A DNA stretch of 64,000 nt from Eutreptiella sp. 'Long Island Sound 2002' (taxonomy: Eukaryota > Protista > Euglenida). Both the position numbers and the translations under genes were made by a program. The notes under the pieces were generated by a model that was not told the origin of the DNA, made no database searches, and worked only from the letters and a program-made list of their open reading frames with translations. Below, in pieces: positions 24,971 through 36,600 of this stretch. Numbering within the stretch: position 1 is the first letter of the stretch; each line of letters starts with the position of its first letter. The stretch covers positions 82,646,001-82,710,000 of the forward strand of contig OZ038378.1 in NCBI GenBank assembly GCA_964036045.1, written 5' to 3'.

Positions 24971-27900
24971 CTTGTTGTGAACGTGCACGTGGTGAGGCTG
25001 CGGAGCCAAGCTACAACTTTCTTGTTTTTTACTATGACGCTTCTGCGTCTTCCCTTTCCTTCGCCTCAGCGCCTTGAGCACGATGGGTGACCATGAGGGC
25101 ATGGCCACCCAGCTGGCTGCCCTCCTACAAAGCCCTACGGTCTTTCCGGCCATAGGCGCACACTGGCTCCTTTTCTTGCGGGCGCTCCGCCCACAACCTT
25201 CGACGAGGGGGTAGCACCCAACTGCTCCCGCTCCAGGAGGCGAATGGGGGGCGGTGGGCTCGCACCCCCCCACCCCTCCCCCCACCGTTGAGCAAGCGAT
25301 GATCCCCTGGCTATAGCGGCAAATTTTGTTTCTCGAGGGCGTAATCAACACCCTTGGCCCCGAACTGGCGGAATCACGGGGCGCACCAGCCCCGCCCTGG
25401 TCCCGGGCGACCATACAAGAACCGGCCGCGACAACGACAACGACAACGACAACGACGAACAAGACTACGACTGCCAACAAGAAGGCTGCCCCCACATCCC
25501 GGGCCCGTGTCTGGCAGCTGGCGGGAAGGCACCCCAACCAGCGCCCCAGGAACAAGCTGCGGCCGTGCCCTAGCGCCCCCCCCCCCCCCCACTCCTCCCC
25601 GTTTCCCGTGTGTTTGGACCGGGAACGGCAGCGGTGAGCGGAGCCTTGAGCAGTGCAACGGGTGTATCTGCTGGTCGGGGCATCTCCCCGTCCAACAAAT
25701 CGCCCCCTCGCAGCCTGGTTGGGCGCAAGAGGACATCAAGGTAGCCCGGGGCAATATCTTCCTGTGGCGGGTGGGGAGCGACGAGCAGGGATCCGCCCCC
25801 CCCCCCCCCCGCAGGCAGCTCTTGGCGGCGAAAGCTACGCCTCGGCGACACGATCTTCGGTGAGGGGATCCCGGCTGGGCGCACTGCACGTGGTGGCGGC
25901 CGCCAGCCGTGCTAATTCGGTGCCGTCGCCGATAGATCCCACGTCTGCTGCCCTCTGGGCCCTGTTGCCCTCGAGGACGGTCGTGCAGCCGCACCGCCTT
26001 TACTAGGGTGAGTCCTGGGACACAATCCGGGAATGGGGCATCACCCAAATCACGCCGGGGCCCCACCCGGCGGAGTGAAGAGAACCCTCTTAGGAAGGGG
26101 CCCTGCGGTGTGTGGCCTTGGTGGGTTCCACATTCCACGAGGCCCACCTTGCGGCTGCGGCCGCCATCGCGGCACATGACGGCATTCAGCGGGTCACGGC
26201 CCTGGTGCCTGTTGAGGGAGGCGGCAAAGCGGCCCCCACATTGGTGACCCTTTTGCAGGCCCTCCGCCGCTCAAAAACCAGCCCGGAGGTGCCGGGCACT
26301 TCCCAGAAGGGCGTGCTTTGTACCGAGTGCCAACCAGAGCAGAAAGCCATCCCGGAGGTGATGGACCCCGCTCCGCCGGGGCATGTACAGCGACTCGTCT
26401 GGGACCGTCTCCACGCACATGACGAGCGGTAGGCGGCCGAACTCCCGGATGTGGACCCCGCGCCGCTAGACTCCCTGCCATCCACGGTCCGGGTCGTTTG
26501 CCTCCTAGACCCGGGGGGTTCTGGCGGATGCCGCTTTGCACCGCCTCCATGTGGGTTCTTTCGGCAAGGACCACGCCTGTCGGCACCTCAAGCCCCTCAT
26601 GGGGGCGGCCCTGCCTCACCCTCCCACCCATGCAAGCAGCGGTCGAGGTCTTAGCAAACCTCCAAGCAGAGGTGGTACCGCTGGTTATGCGCGCCACTTG
26701 CAAAGCCCGGGGCGTCCACTTCCGGCTGTGCATAGTCACAGGTGCCGCCTGCCCGCATGCCGCGTATTTGCTTTGGTACAAGCAGCCGCCGGAGTGCCGC
26801 AGGCCCTCCCCGGAGGTCTGGAAGAATCTCGCCGACGAACAGGAAGCCCACTCGCTGTTGGTGGGACTGGTGGACGGGGGTGCCCCCGGCAACGTGGGGT
26901 TACGCACGGTGGTGGCAAACATCCCCAGCCTGCTAGGCGCATGGGCCCCGTCGTAGACAACCTTTGTGCGGGTCCGGGGCTACCCGGTGCAACTGGGTCT
27001 GGCGGTGAACGAGTATGCACATCTCCGGCGCTACGCCAAGGCTTTTGGGCCGGAGGTGAACATCCGCCTCCACCAGTGCGCCTGGCACGAGCTACGGGTG
27101 GTCCACTCCCGGAGGCAGGTAGGTGAGGCGGGTGTCGGGCGCGCCCAAGCAGACTCTCTACCAGTCCTCAGTCACCCCCTCCAGCGCGAGGTCAAAGACC
27201 TGCCGGTCGAGGGTGCCGTGGACCAGCTAGGTGCAAAAGGGCCCGAATGATGCGCTCGGAGGGGTTGGGGGGCTAGGGGGCAGCAACCAGCAGCGGCCCC
27301 AGAGGCCCCGGACCACACGGCCTGGGCCAACGCGGAGTCGGCGGCAGACAACGTGGATGAGGAGGAGGAGGACATTCTTTAATGTTGTTAGCTCTCCTCA
27401 TCGTTACTCTTTGCCTGAGTATGGCGGTCTGCCCGCCCTGGCTAAAAGGGGCGCGGGTGGTGATCCGTGGGGGGGTGGCAACGCGGCTACGCCCCCTAGT
27501 GTCGTACCGGTCACGCCCAGGGCTGGTGATGGTGGTAACGGCAGCGGTTCCAGCACCGGCACCCCCCCCCCCCCCGCAGGGCGGCCTCAGAGACCGGACG
27601 TGGTCCCCGGCAGGAGGGTGTCTGTACATTCACAGTCCACGAGGGCACCCAGGGGCGAGGCCATGGCCCCGAGTCCCCTTTGTGGGGGGAAATCGCCTAG
27701 GGGGTCGCACGGGGCCCCACGCCGGAGTGGGGCGCTGGTGGTAGTGCAAGGCGCACAGCCGCTGCGGCACTGCGGCCGCCCCTCGCATCGAGCGTGACCG
27801 GGAACGTGCCAAGGGGCTCCTCCCCTCCTCTCCCCCTTCCCCCTATTATGGGACAGTGTCCATGGGCCGGGAAGACAGCGAGCGCTGCCTAACGGGGGAG

Positions 27901-30900
27901 TGACGGGGGTGGGGTGCGCCACGCTTGGGGACGACAGCCTACCCAAGGAGGCCGCCAACACAACAGGGGCCCAGGCAAGAGAAAGTAACGGGGTTGGCGC
28001 CGCGAGCCGGCTTCTTGGCACCCTGCCGTTTGCGCCCAGGGTTGGTTGTGGTGGTGGTGGCGGCGGTCATAGCACCGGTGGGCTTCCCCCTGGGATGGAC
28101 TCGGGAACCGGACCCTCTATGAGGCAGGAGGGTGTCTATACGCCCACAGCCCACGAGGGCACTCCGCGGCGAGGTGATGGCCTTGTGTCCCTCTCCGTTG
28201 GCGTGTCCCAACCGGGCAGTGGCAGGGGGCCCCACTCTGGTGTGGGGCGGTGGTGGGATGGCATGGGACCCAGCCGCCGCGGCGCTGTGCCTGTCCCACG
28301 CGCTCGGCATGGCCAGAGGAGTGTCAGGGAGCTCCTCCCCCCCTACCCCCTCCCGGGATGGGCAGTGACGGTGGACCAGGCCGGCGTAGCGCACCGCCAA
28401 ACCAGGGACTGGCACAAATGGAACTTCGAGCAGCAAGTTGCGACCCCCTTCCCCCCCCCACCCCATGCCCCTTGCTCTGGCCCCCCTTCGGCCTGCCACC
28501 AGCCTCTTTTGCCCATGGTAAGGGGACCACGAGGATGGGGACAAGGGCGAGGGCGAGGGCACTCCGGCCCGTCCGCCCCCGCCCCCCCCCCCCCACTTCC
28601 CTAGAGGCGGCGGCGGCACCATGGCCTCGCCTTGTTGCGGTGGTAGTACGGCTAGACCACCCAGGTGTTCCCCGCCCCCCACCTGCGCCAAGGGCGGGCC
28701 AGCACCACCTGTGCCCTCGCCCCCCTTGAGGGCCGGCGCCATGAGGTCCTGCGCCTCCCGAACCTCCTCGCTGGGGTGTGGAATGGGTGGTGGCACACCC
28801 ACTACCAGCGCGTGGCCGGCCCCGTCTGGCTCTCCACCGTCCCCGATGGCCCTGAGTTCGGGACCGAGGGGGCCACCGTCGGCGAGGCGCTGCAGTAGAG
28901 GAACCCCCCGGTGCTCTTCGCGCGCGCCCCCCGGCCGGACGACAGGAGCGCTAGCCTCCCTACACGTGACACTAATATTTGGCACCTCTGTGGCAGGAGG
29001 AGACCGGCGCGCCGCTGTGGCGGCCGACCCGGCACGGCCGGGGGGAGGGTTGGGAACCCCCCAAGACTGGCACCTCCGCCCGCGACTCCGCCTCACCCTC
29101 TTCGAGGGAGAGACGGCCGCTAGCAGGCCCCACACCGTGGCACTGGACTGGTGGGGCCGGGTGTGGGACAACGACCCCGCCCGCCAGCCCCCCCCCCCCC
29201 CCCCGACCCCGACCCCTCGGCGACTTGGCGGGAGGTGGCCGCGGAGGTTCACGCCCTCCACCTGCGGCTCACCGACATCTTGTGGGCCGCCCTGCTGAGC
29301 TAACACACGTGTAGGCCACTGCCCGGTGGCCAGACGTCCTCTGCCGCGTCCCCCTTGGCCCGCGTCGAGACCTTTTGCACGGGGTCGCCCGGGAGGCCGA
29401 TCGCCTTGCCGAGGATCGGAGCACGGCCGCACCCCGCTCCTACCGCCCCCCCAGCCCCTGTCGCCCGCCGCTTGCGGATCGGGGCCTCCTCCCACGCCGC
29501 CTCCCCCGCCTCCCGGCCAGCCACCTTGGGCCAGTGACCTCTGCCCACCACCTGACCTCGGCGCAGCCGGCCCCTTTGGCCCCGGAGCGACGGCTGACCT
29601 GCAGGCATGCGATGCTACCCCCCCTTTGACCACTCCCTTCGTGCCCTTTGAACGCTTGCACTTGAGTTCCCGGCTAGGCCGTGCGCTCCCCCCCAACACC
29701 CCCCCCCCCCACGATGGGGCGATCGTGGCTCAACCCCTTCCCCCCCCTTGTTGGGATGGCAATGGGACCTCCACCCCTCCCGCTGCTGCGATGTGGGGGC
29801 GTGCACCCCCGTCCGGGGCCATTGCGCGTGGCACAGGCCAACGTCACGTCCGTGCGCCCGCAGTGGCACACGGTCGCCGAGTGGCCGGTACACGTGGTGC
29901 TGCTCTCTGAGACTCGCCTCACGGCGGTTGCGCAGCAAGTGATGCGCACCCAGGCTGGGGCCTTGGAGTGGCAAGGTTTCTAGGGCGCTCCCCTGGAATT
30001 CCGGGGGGTGGGCATCTGGGATGCGACGGCCGGGGCGGTGGGGATCGTTGTGCCCCAGGGCATTCCTGCGAGACAGGTCCTCCCTTGCAAAGGGGCGCCC
30101 CGGAACCAGGCAGACTCCCTTGCCCAGGCCGTGTGGCACTCCACCCGCTGGTGCCCTGTCCTGGTGGGCCCAGGGTGTGGAGCGGAGTCCCTACGTGCCT
30201 AGGCGGCTTACGGCGTCTCCTCACAGCCGGCCTTCAACCGGGCCTTCTGGGACCAGGCCACATAGTACGTGGCGCGCCATGGGACGGCCCCTCAGCTAGT
30301 GGGGGGGGGGGGAACCGGGCGCTCCAACGCCGCCTCGGCAAACTCCGCGTGCTTGGCCAGGAGTATGCCGGCCTGGAACTGGGCGGCACGCACGACCGAC
30401 TTGCCTTGTTGGACTCGCTGCGCCGCCTCCGCACAACGCTAGCGAGTAAAGTCCGGGCCACGCTGCGGGCGGAGGACCAAGGCCGCCTGCGGGAGTGGCA
30501 CGCCTGGCTGGAGGAGAGCCTGGACCTCCGACCAGGGGGCAGCGCTCGGCGTGGCGGCTATGCCGTGCGCCGGCCGCTCCAGCTAGCGGAGGACATCCTG
30601 GAGGGGGCCCTTGGCCGCCTGGATGCGCGCCACGGGGCAAGTGAGTGGCCCCCTGGTGTCCCTGCGCTGTTTTGGGCAGAGGCGCACCCCACGAAGCAGC
30701 TGGTCGGTCCCCCTGCCCCGGGGCAGGTGCGGAGGGGGGCCAGCGGCAAGGCGGCTCCCGCCGGGAGGGAGTCGGGGGCAATGTCTGGGCCGGCAGGGGC
30801 AAGGAGGGTCTCTTCTGCTGCAGTGGTCCACAAGGCCCAGGCCTGGTCCACGTCACCTGTGGATAGGGCCGCTCGCCAGCCGGCCTCCAGGGGGTCTAGG

Positions 30901-31847
30901 GGGCGATGCACGAGGGGGAGCTGATCGTGTTCCTCCCGCGGGGCCAGTTCAATGGGCTCGGGTCTGATGAACTTTACCACCCGCTGGGACGCACCCTTGA
31001 TGTGCAGGTCGGATCACACCGGGGTGTGGCTAGGGATGGCCCCGCGCGGGAGCACTTCTGCTGCGTGGAGCAGCACCGCCAGCCGCGTGTCGACCAGCCG
31101 CCCATCGACGCGCGAGGGGCGCGTACCCTCCGGGCCTTTGTAGGAGCAGAGGGGGTCCCGCCCGAAGGCGGATGCCATTTCCAGGTCCGCGTCCAGCAGC
31201 TGGCGGACCAGGACGGACGCAACGATTGACGGGGGGGCCCATAGCAAGTGGATGATTCCTACGCCCCGCCAGTCACCTTCCTCTCCAAGCCGGACGGCAC
31301 TGCCACGGCCAACTTGGCAGAAATGGATTGCCTCTTGCAGGATGCCTGCCGCCCAATAAACCGCAAGTATGCGACGGACGCCGAGCCGGATCCCACGGCC
31401 TCCGCCGATATGGGCACCATGTCCGGCGATTCCCCATGATTGCCTCGCGGCCGGACGGCCCCCGCCTACGCAAGGGGCTCTCCCACATGAAGCCCTTGGC
31501 CCTAGGGCTTGACGCGTGGAGCATGGCCGACCTCCGCTCCCCGACAGGCTGCTGGGCTGGTTGGAAGATCTCCTGCGGGAGGTGGAGCGTCTGGGCAAGT
31601 GACCGACCTGCCTGGCTGATGGCTACACAACCCTCATCCCCAAGCATGGCCCGCCGGGGCCCCTCAACAGCCGCCCGCTCACGCACCTGTCCATGGTCTA
31701 CAGGCTGTGGGCGGGTGTGCGGTTGGCGGATGCCATCGCGTGGCAGGAGTCCTCGGCCCCCCGGCGGCCTTTGGCTTCCGCCCCGCCAGGAGCGCCTTGG
31801 ATGGGGCGGCGGTAACACACGTCCTACGTCGCCTGTGAGGCTGAACA

Positions 31848-32588
31848 TTGGCGGGGATGAGTATCGACTACGTCAAACGTTTCGATGTCATTCCCCAGGC
31901 GCTCGTGTTGGCCCTAGCGTTGGAGCTGGGCATGGACCCGGTCACATGCCGTGCCCTCGGGGCCATGTACAAGCAGCTCCGCCGGGCCTTCAAGATCGCC
32001 GGGGCCCTCGGCCGGTGGTGGCAGGCCACCAGTGGCATCCTCCAGGGTTGCCCCTTGTCGGTCATCCTAGTGAACGTGCCCACCACGATCTGGAAATGGG
32101 AGGTGGACTCCGTTCGCCGACAGGTGTGCGCGCCGACGGCCGCCCTCCCCCCCACTCTGGACGAGGAGGCGGCGGCGGACGTGGAGGTGGGGGCCCCACT
32201 CCCCCTCAACGACGCGGGACCCGGTTGCGCCGTGGTGGGGTTGTCGGGCTATGCGGATGACACCCAGGCAGTGGCCCTTGCCGCGGCCTCCCTGCAGGGG
32301 ACGGTTCCCACGAGGCAGGATTGGCTACAAGTCACGGGCCAGGACGTGCGCGGGAACAAGTCCTGCCCTTGGGTCCAGGGGGAACAAGGCGCCCCGGCGC
32401 CCTTCTCCGGGGTGTCCCGATCCCGCTGGCAGACACCTTCCGCCAACTTCTCGTCGACGTCGCCATTGGGTGTTCCACGATTACGGGGCCGGTGGTGTCC
32501 CGCCGCCTCGAAGCAAGCCGGAGCATGCTCCGCCGCCTCCCCCACCTTTCCACCTATGACCGCCAGGAGCGGGCCATCAGCATGCTAG
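31848..32588 (+). pseudogene. Best-preserved RT segment of LINE B
   Basis: The 246-aa ORF contains DYVKRFD, QGCPLS, YADD and the downstream GNKSC motif. Confidence 0.9.
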
Positions 32589-32596
32589 TCCCCCCG

Positions 32597-33600
32597 GCGT
32601 GGACATCAGCCCGAGCGGCCACGCCCATGCGAACCCGGGGCGACGAGCGCTCGGGCACGACGCCGACAACATCGTGCAGAATGTTCTGGCGGCGGCAGCC
32701 CACCCCGATCACACCCTGCAGTGGGCCCTGGGGCGTTGTGGCGTGGAGCCGTCGGCGAATGGAGCGGGCCCACAGCTGTCCTTCGGGGACGAAGTACTAC
32801 TCCAATATGTATTGCGGGCGCTGGACCGATGGGTGCTGCGCGTCCGCTATGGGCTACAGCAGCCCCTACCGGCGCTACGCGGGGTACTGGGGCGACCGGC
32901 CGCAGTGGTGTATATGTGTATTCACGAGTTAGATATAGAATTCGCCCTCAGCCAGCCCACGGAAGCGGCAAGCGCCGCTCGTGTGTATCTCATAGACACT
33001 GACCATGAGTGGGCGGTGCGCCACACTCATGCGGACCATCTGCACGCGACAGGCCTAGCGCCGCGGAGGTGCGTCCTCTGGGACACACGGACACCATGGA
33101 CGGAATAAAGAGTGAAGCCCGACCAGTGCCCGTGCTTGCGACCAAGGAGGGGACGGGGAGGAAGCAAGGTGGACGCGCGGGCCCCGCTGGGAGGGGGGCT
33201 GGGCGCCAGGGCCAGCGCCGAGGGCGAGCCTCCGCGCCACCCCACCCTCAGGGCAGAACACACTGGGGCGCCCCAGACGGTGGGCGCTGGCACGAAACCA
33301 AGGGGCGCGCCACGGACACACCACCGATGGGGCGGGGGGGAGAGCAAGGAGGCCAGAGCGACGACACGCAACACGGGTACGGGCGGGCAAGGCGCCGCGC
33401 GCAGCGCGGTGGACCCGGACGTGCCTTACACGTAGGAAGAGAAACGGCGAGAGCGCGCCGGAGCGACACGCGCAAGCCCCAGTGCGCGTGGTTCATGCGA
33501 AGTACAACGTGTCACGCAGCCCCTGCCGCCCGTGGCCTGCAGCCTAGGGGGCCCTGGCCTAGCGCCGGGACATAGCGGCAGCAACCAACCAACCAACCAA
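32597..33600 (+). mobile_element. Nested ~1004-bp insertion with a (AACC)n tail and 6-bp target duplication; probably a 5'-truncated retroelement of another family
   Basis: CCCCCG at 32591-32596 and 33601-33606. Ends in CAACCAACCAACCAACCAA. Removing it restores the ...MLV-(T)PL.LHGVA... junction seen uninterrupted in copy A (~6712-6745). Carries a 169-aa ORF (32599-33108). Confidence 0.8.
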
Positions 33601-36600
33601 CCCCCGCTGCCGCTCCATGGAGTGGCCGTTGCCTCGGTGACGGACCCTGACTTGCGGGGACTCGAGACCGCGGTCGTGCGGGCCCTGTGGGGAGCAACAC
33701 GCCTCTCCCGGGCCAAGGAGATTGTCTTCTTGGTCTTGTCCAAGGGGCACCGCGTCTCCCCGGTAATGCACACGTTGTACGAGCGGCTGATTTGGCTGGC
33801 CCGGGTGGCCCGGTGACCGGGAGTCACCCAAGTTTTCACCCAAGCCCTCTGGAAATCGGGCAGCCGTCCACCCGGGACCGGCCCGGTGGGGCGCGCGCTC
33901 CACGGCGGCCACCCTAGGATGGAGCCCACGTGAGGGCTGGTGGTGCTGGGACGTCCCGGGGCAAGAGCACCCGCTGCACTTCGTGCAGGAGCCCCTCCGC
34001 TACGTCTAGCACCGGGTGCGGGACAGCCTTCGATGCAATGCCTCACGCCAGCTCGAGGCGCGGCGCCCGGTCACCTTCGGGGGGCTCGGAGACGGGGCGT
34101 CGCCTCCACAGAGTTGGAGAAGTCGCTACTGCGCGGCCTCATGGCCGGAGCCATGTGGACGGCAACGAGGGTGTCGGGCCATGGCATGCGAACCAACTCC
34201 AGGTGCCCCGACTGCGGTGCGGCACACAAAGACGAGATCCACGTCCTGTGGGACTACCCGCAGTGGGAGCAGGCCACGGGGACATGGCGTCCCTAGCTGG
34301 GTAATGCGGTGGCGGCCATCCCCCAACTGGGGCCGCCGGACCAATGGCCGGCGTGCTTGCCGAGGGCGGGCCTCTTCCCACTCCGGCTGGCGTAGGGGGT
34401 GGAGGGGGAACTCCTGGACGGGTTCCTGTACCGCCTGTATGGCATGTACCTGGCGGGCCTCGCCGCCAACATGGCTGCGAGCCGCGGGGACCAGGCGGGC
34501 CACGGGGACTCCCTGTTCTTGGACCAGCCGCGGTAGCGGCCCCGCAACCCCTTTCCCTGGAACGACTTTGTCGGCCGACACGGGCCACACGGGGGACACG
34601 ATCCGCAACCAGCCGCGCCTCCGGCCGGGGGCCCCGCCGGGTCGGCGGTGGCCCCAAGACTTCGTCCAGGACTTGGTCAGGTGGGCTAGGGCGCTGGCCT
34701 GGGTGCCGGGGCTGGCGGAAGTCTCCTGGGCTGAGCTAGCCCTGGACTACGAGGCCTTTGCGGGGTGGGCGCTCCCGGCCTCCCCGGATCACGGACTACG
34801 GGGTACGCGCCTGCCGCTCGGGCAGCGGGCCCAAATCTTGTGCAAGGCGGCGGGCCTGGTTGAGCGCCACCCGGCCGCGGGCACACTACTATGCGGGGCC
34901 CCCCTGGGGCGGTGTCGCTCTCTCCTCCCCCTGGGAGGCCGCATGTGTGCTAGCCTGTCGGCCCGCCCGTTTTTCGCGGCACGCCACGAGGTGATGCTGC
35001 AGCTTATGCGCTTGGCAACACATTGCCGCGTCTCGTGGGTCCGGCGCCTGTGGGCGCCGGCCCGCATGCGGCCGCCACTGAGTGACCGTTTTCTCATGGA
35101 CTACTATCCCCGCCCTCTCAAACCCCCCCCCCCCCCTGCCATATGCCAAGAGGCCCCACGGGCGCCGCCTAAGAGTGTCCCGCTTGCTACCCTGCAGCGC
35201 AGCCGCCCGCCGGGCGTGGGCAATGGCACTCAGGGCGCGCTCTGCTTGGAGCATGGGGCGCCATCGTGCCCCAGGTACGGAGGCCTGGGCTGGGGCATCA
35301 GCCGCTGTTGCCGGGTGGGACACGAGGGGCACACCGACCCCTCGGCGGGCCCGCAATGTCCGAGGGTCCCGCCCCGGGCCGCGCCGGGCTGCCAGGTGCT
35401 CGTTCCCGAGGACCGACGCGCAGGAGCGGCGGCGCTGACCTCCTGGCTCGGTCGGGCCCGCCTTGCCTCCCAAGCCCTCCTGGCCTCTATCCCCCTGGCG
35501 TCTCCCCGGTGCATGGCCCCCCAAGACGCTGGGCGCTCTTGCTCGGCCCTCGGGACTGACAACTCCAGACCCCCGAAATGCCCCAAGCTTAACCTCCTGG
35601 CTGACCGGGGGGGCTCGGTGAGTCAGGGGCCAGCACATCCAGGGGGCGGGGGGGGTGCTGACCCGTTCTCCCCCCCTCCCACAGCCGGAGACGACAACTC
35701 CGGGCCGGTGCCCGCGGGCGCCGAGGTTTCTTCCGGCTCTACAAGGGCGCCACCCGCGCCGCGGGGCTCCCCCCCCCCCCTCCCTAGAAGAGCAAACCCC
35801 CCCTCCCCGTCGGCGGGTGGGCCGCCGGCGTCGCTCCCTGATGTTTTCAGCTGCATTTCGGCGGCCCTCAACAGCCGCGCCGCGCCGCGGCGACGGTCCC
35901 CGCTTAGGGGACGAAGGCGGCCCCAGCCGAAGGCCACCATGTCGGTAGCGGACATGCTCCGCGCTTGCCCCCCCCCCCCCCCCCGCGCAACGGCCGACGA
36001 CATGAGGGGAGGCTCCTCTGACCCAGTGGCGGACACGCCCTCAGCGCCTTCGCCATCCTAGTCCACACTGCCGCAACGGCGGCAGCACGGTAGGGCAAGC
36101 ACGGAAGAGACCCGGTCCCCTCTGGCTCGTCCCTCCTGGTTGCCGTGCAGGCACAGGCAGGGGGCTTGTAGGGGAGGCCACGGGCGCCTGAACTCGACTC
36201 GGCCCACCTCCCCGCCCCTCGACCTCTGTACATAGGCCAGTGGACGCTGAAAGACGAATGCCCTCTTTATGTGCTTTTCAGCCTATTTGGTTGTTGGGAT
36301 GGGGTGGGGTGGGGTGGGGGCTCCCCAGCGGGCTAGGGCACAACCTGCTTATGCAGTTTTCCAGCCTACGCATCTCAAAAATGGAAATTCCCGTAACTAA
36401 TTTTTGTGATATTTTGACCATCCTGAAAGACCAAGTATCCTATGTAAAACATATTTTAGCCCCTCTGTATATGTTTTGTCACCCTATTTAGGTGTTGGGG
36501 GGGGGTCCCAAGGGGGCTAGGGCACAACCTGCTTATGCAGTTTTACAGCCTCGGCAGCTCAAAAATGGTCGTCCCTCTCCCCTCTTCGAGGTGCCTTGCC

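Larger units (their letters stand above)
24971..36265 (+). mobile_element. Near-full-length decayed APE-RT LINE, copy B (ORF1 ~25084-27120; ORF2 ~27382-35820)
   Basis: LLRCGGVHPRPGP-LRVAQANVTS...LLSETRL (29783-29915). RT motifs NSRPLTHLSMVYRLWAG, SIDYVKRFDVIP, GILQGCPLS (~32043), YADD (32250-32261). CPDC..HKDEIH finger at ~34203. Collinear with copy A. Confidence 0.92.
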
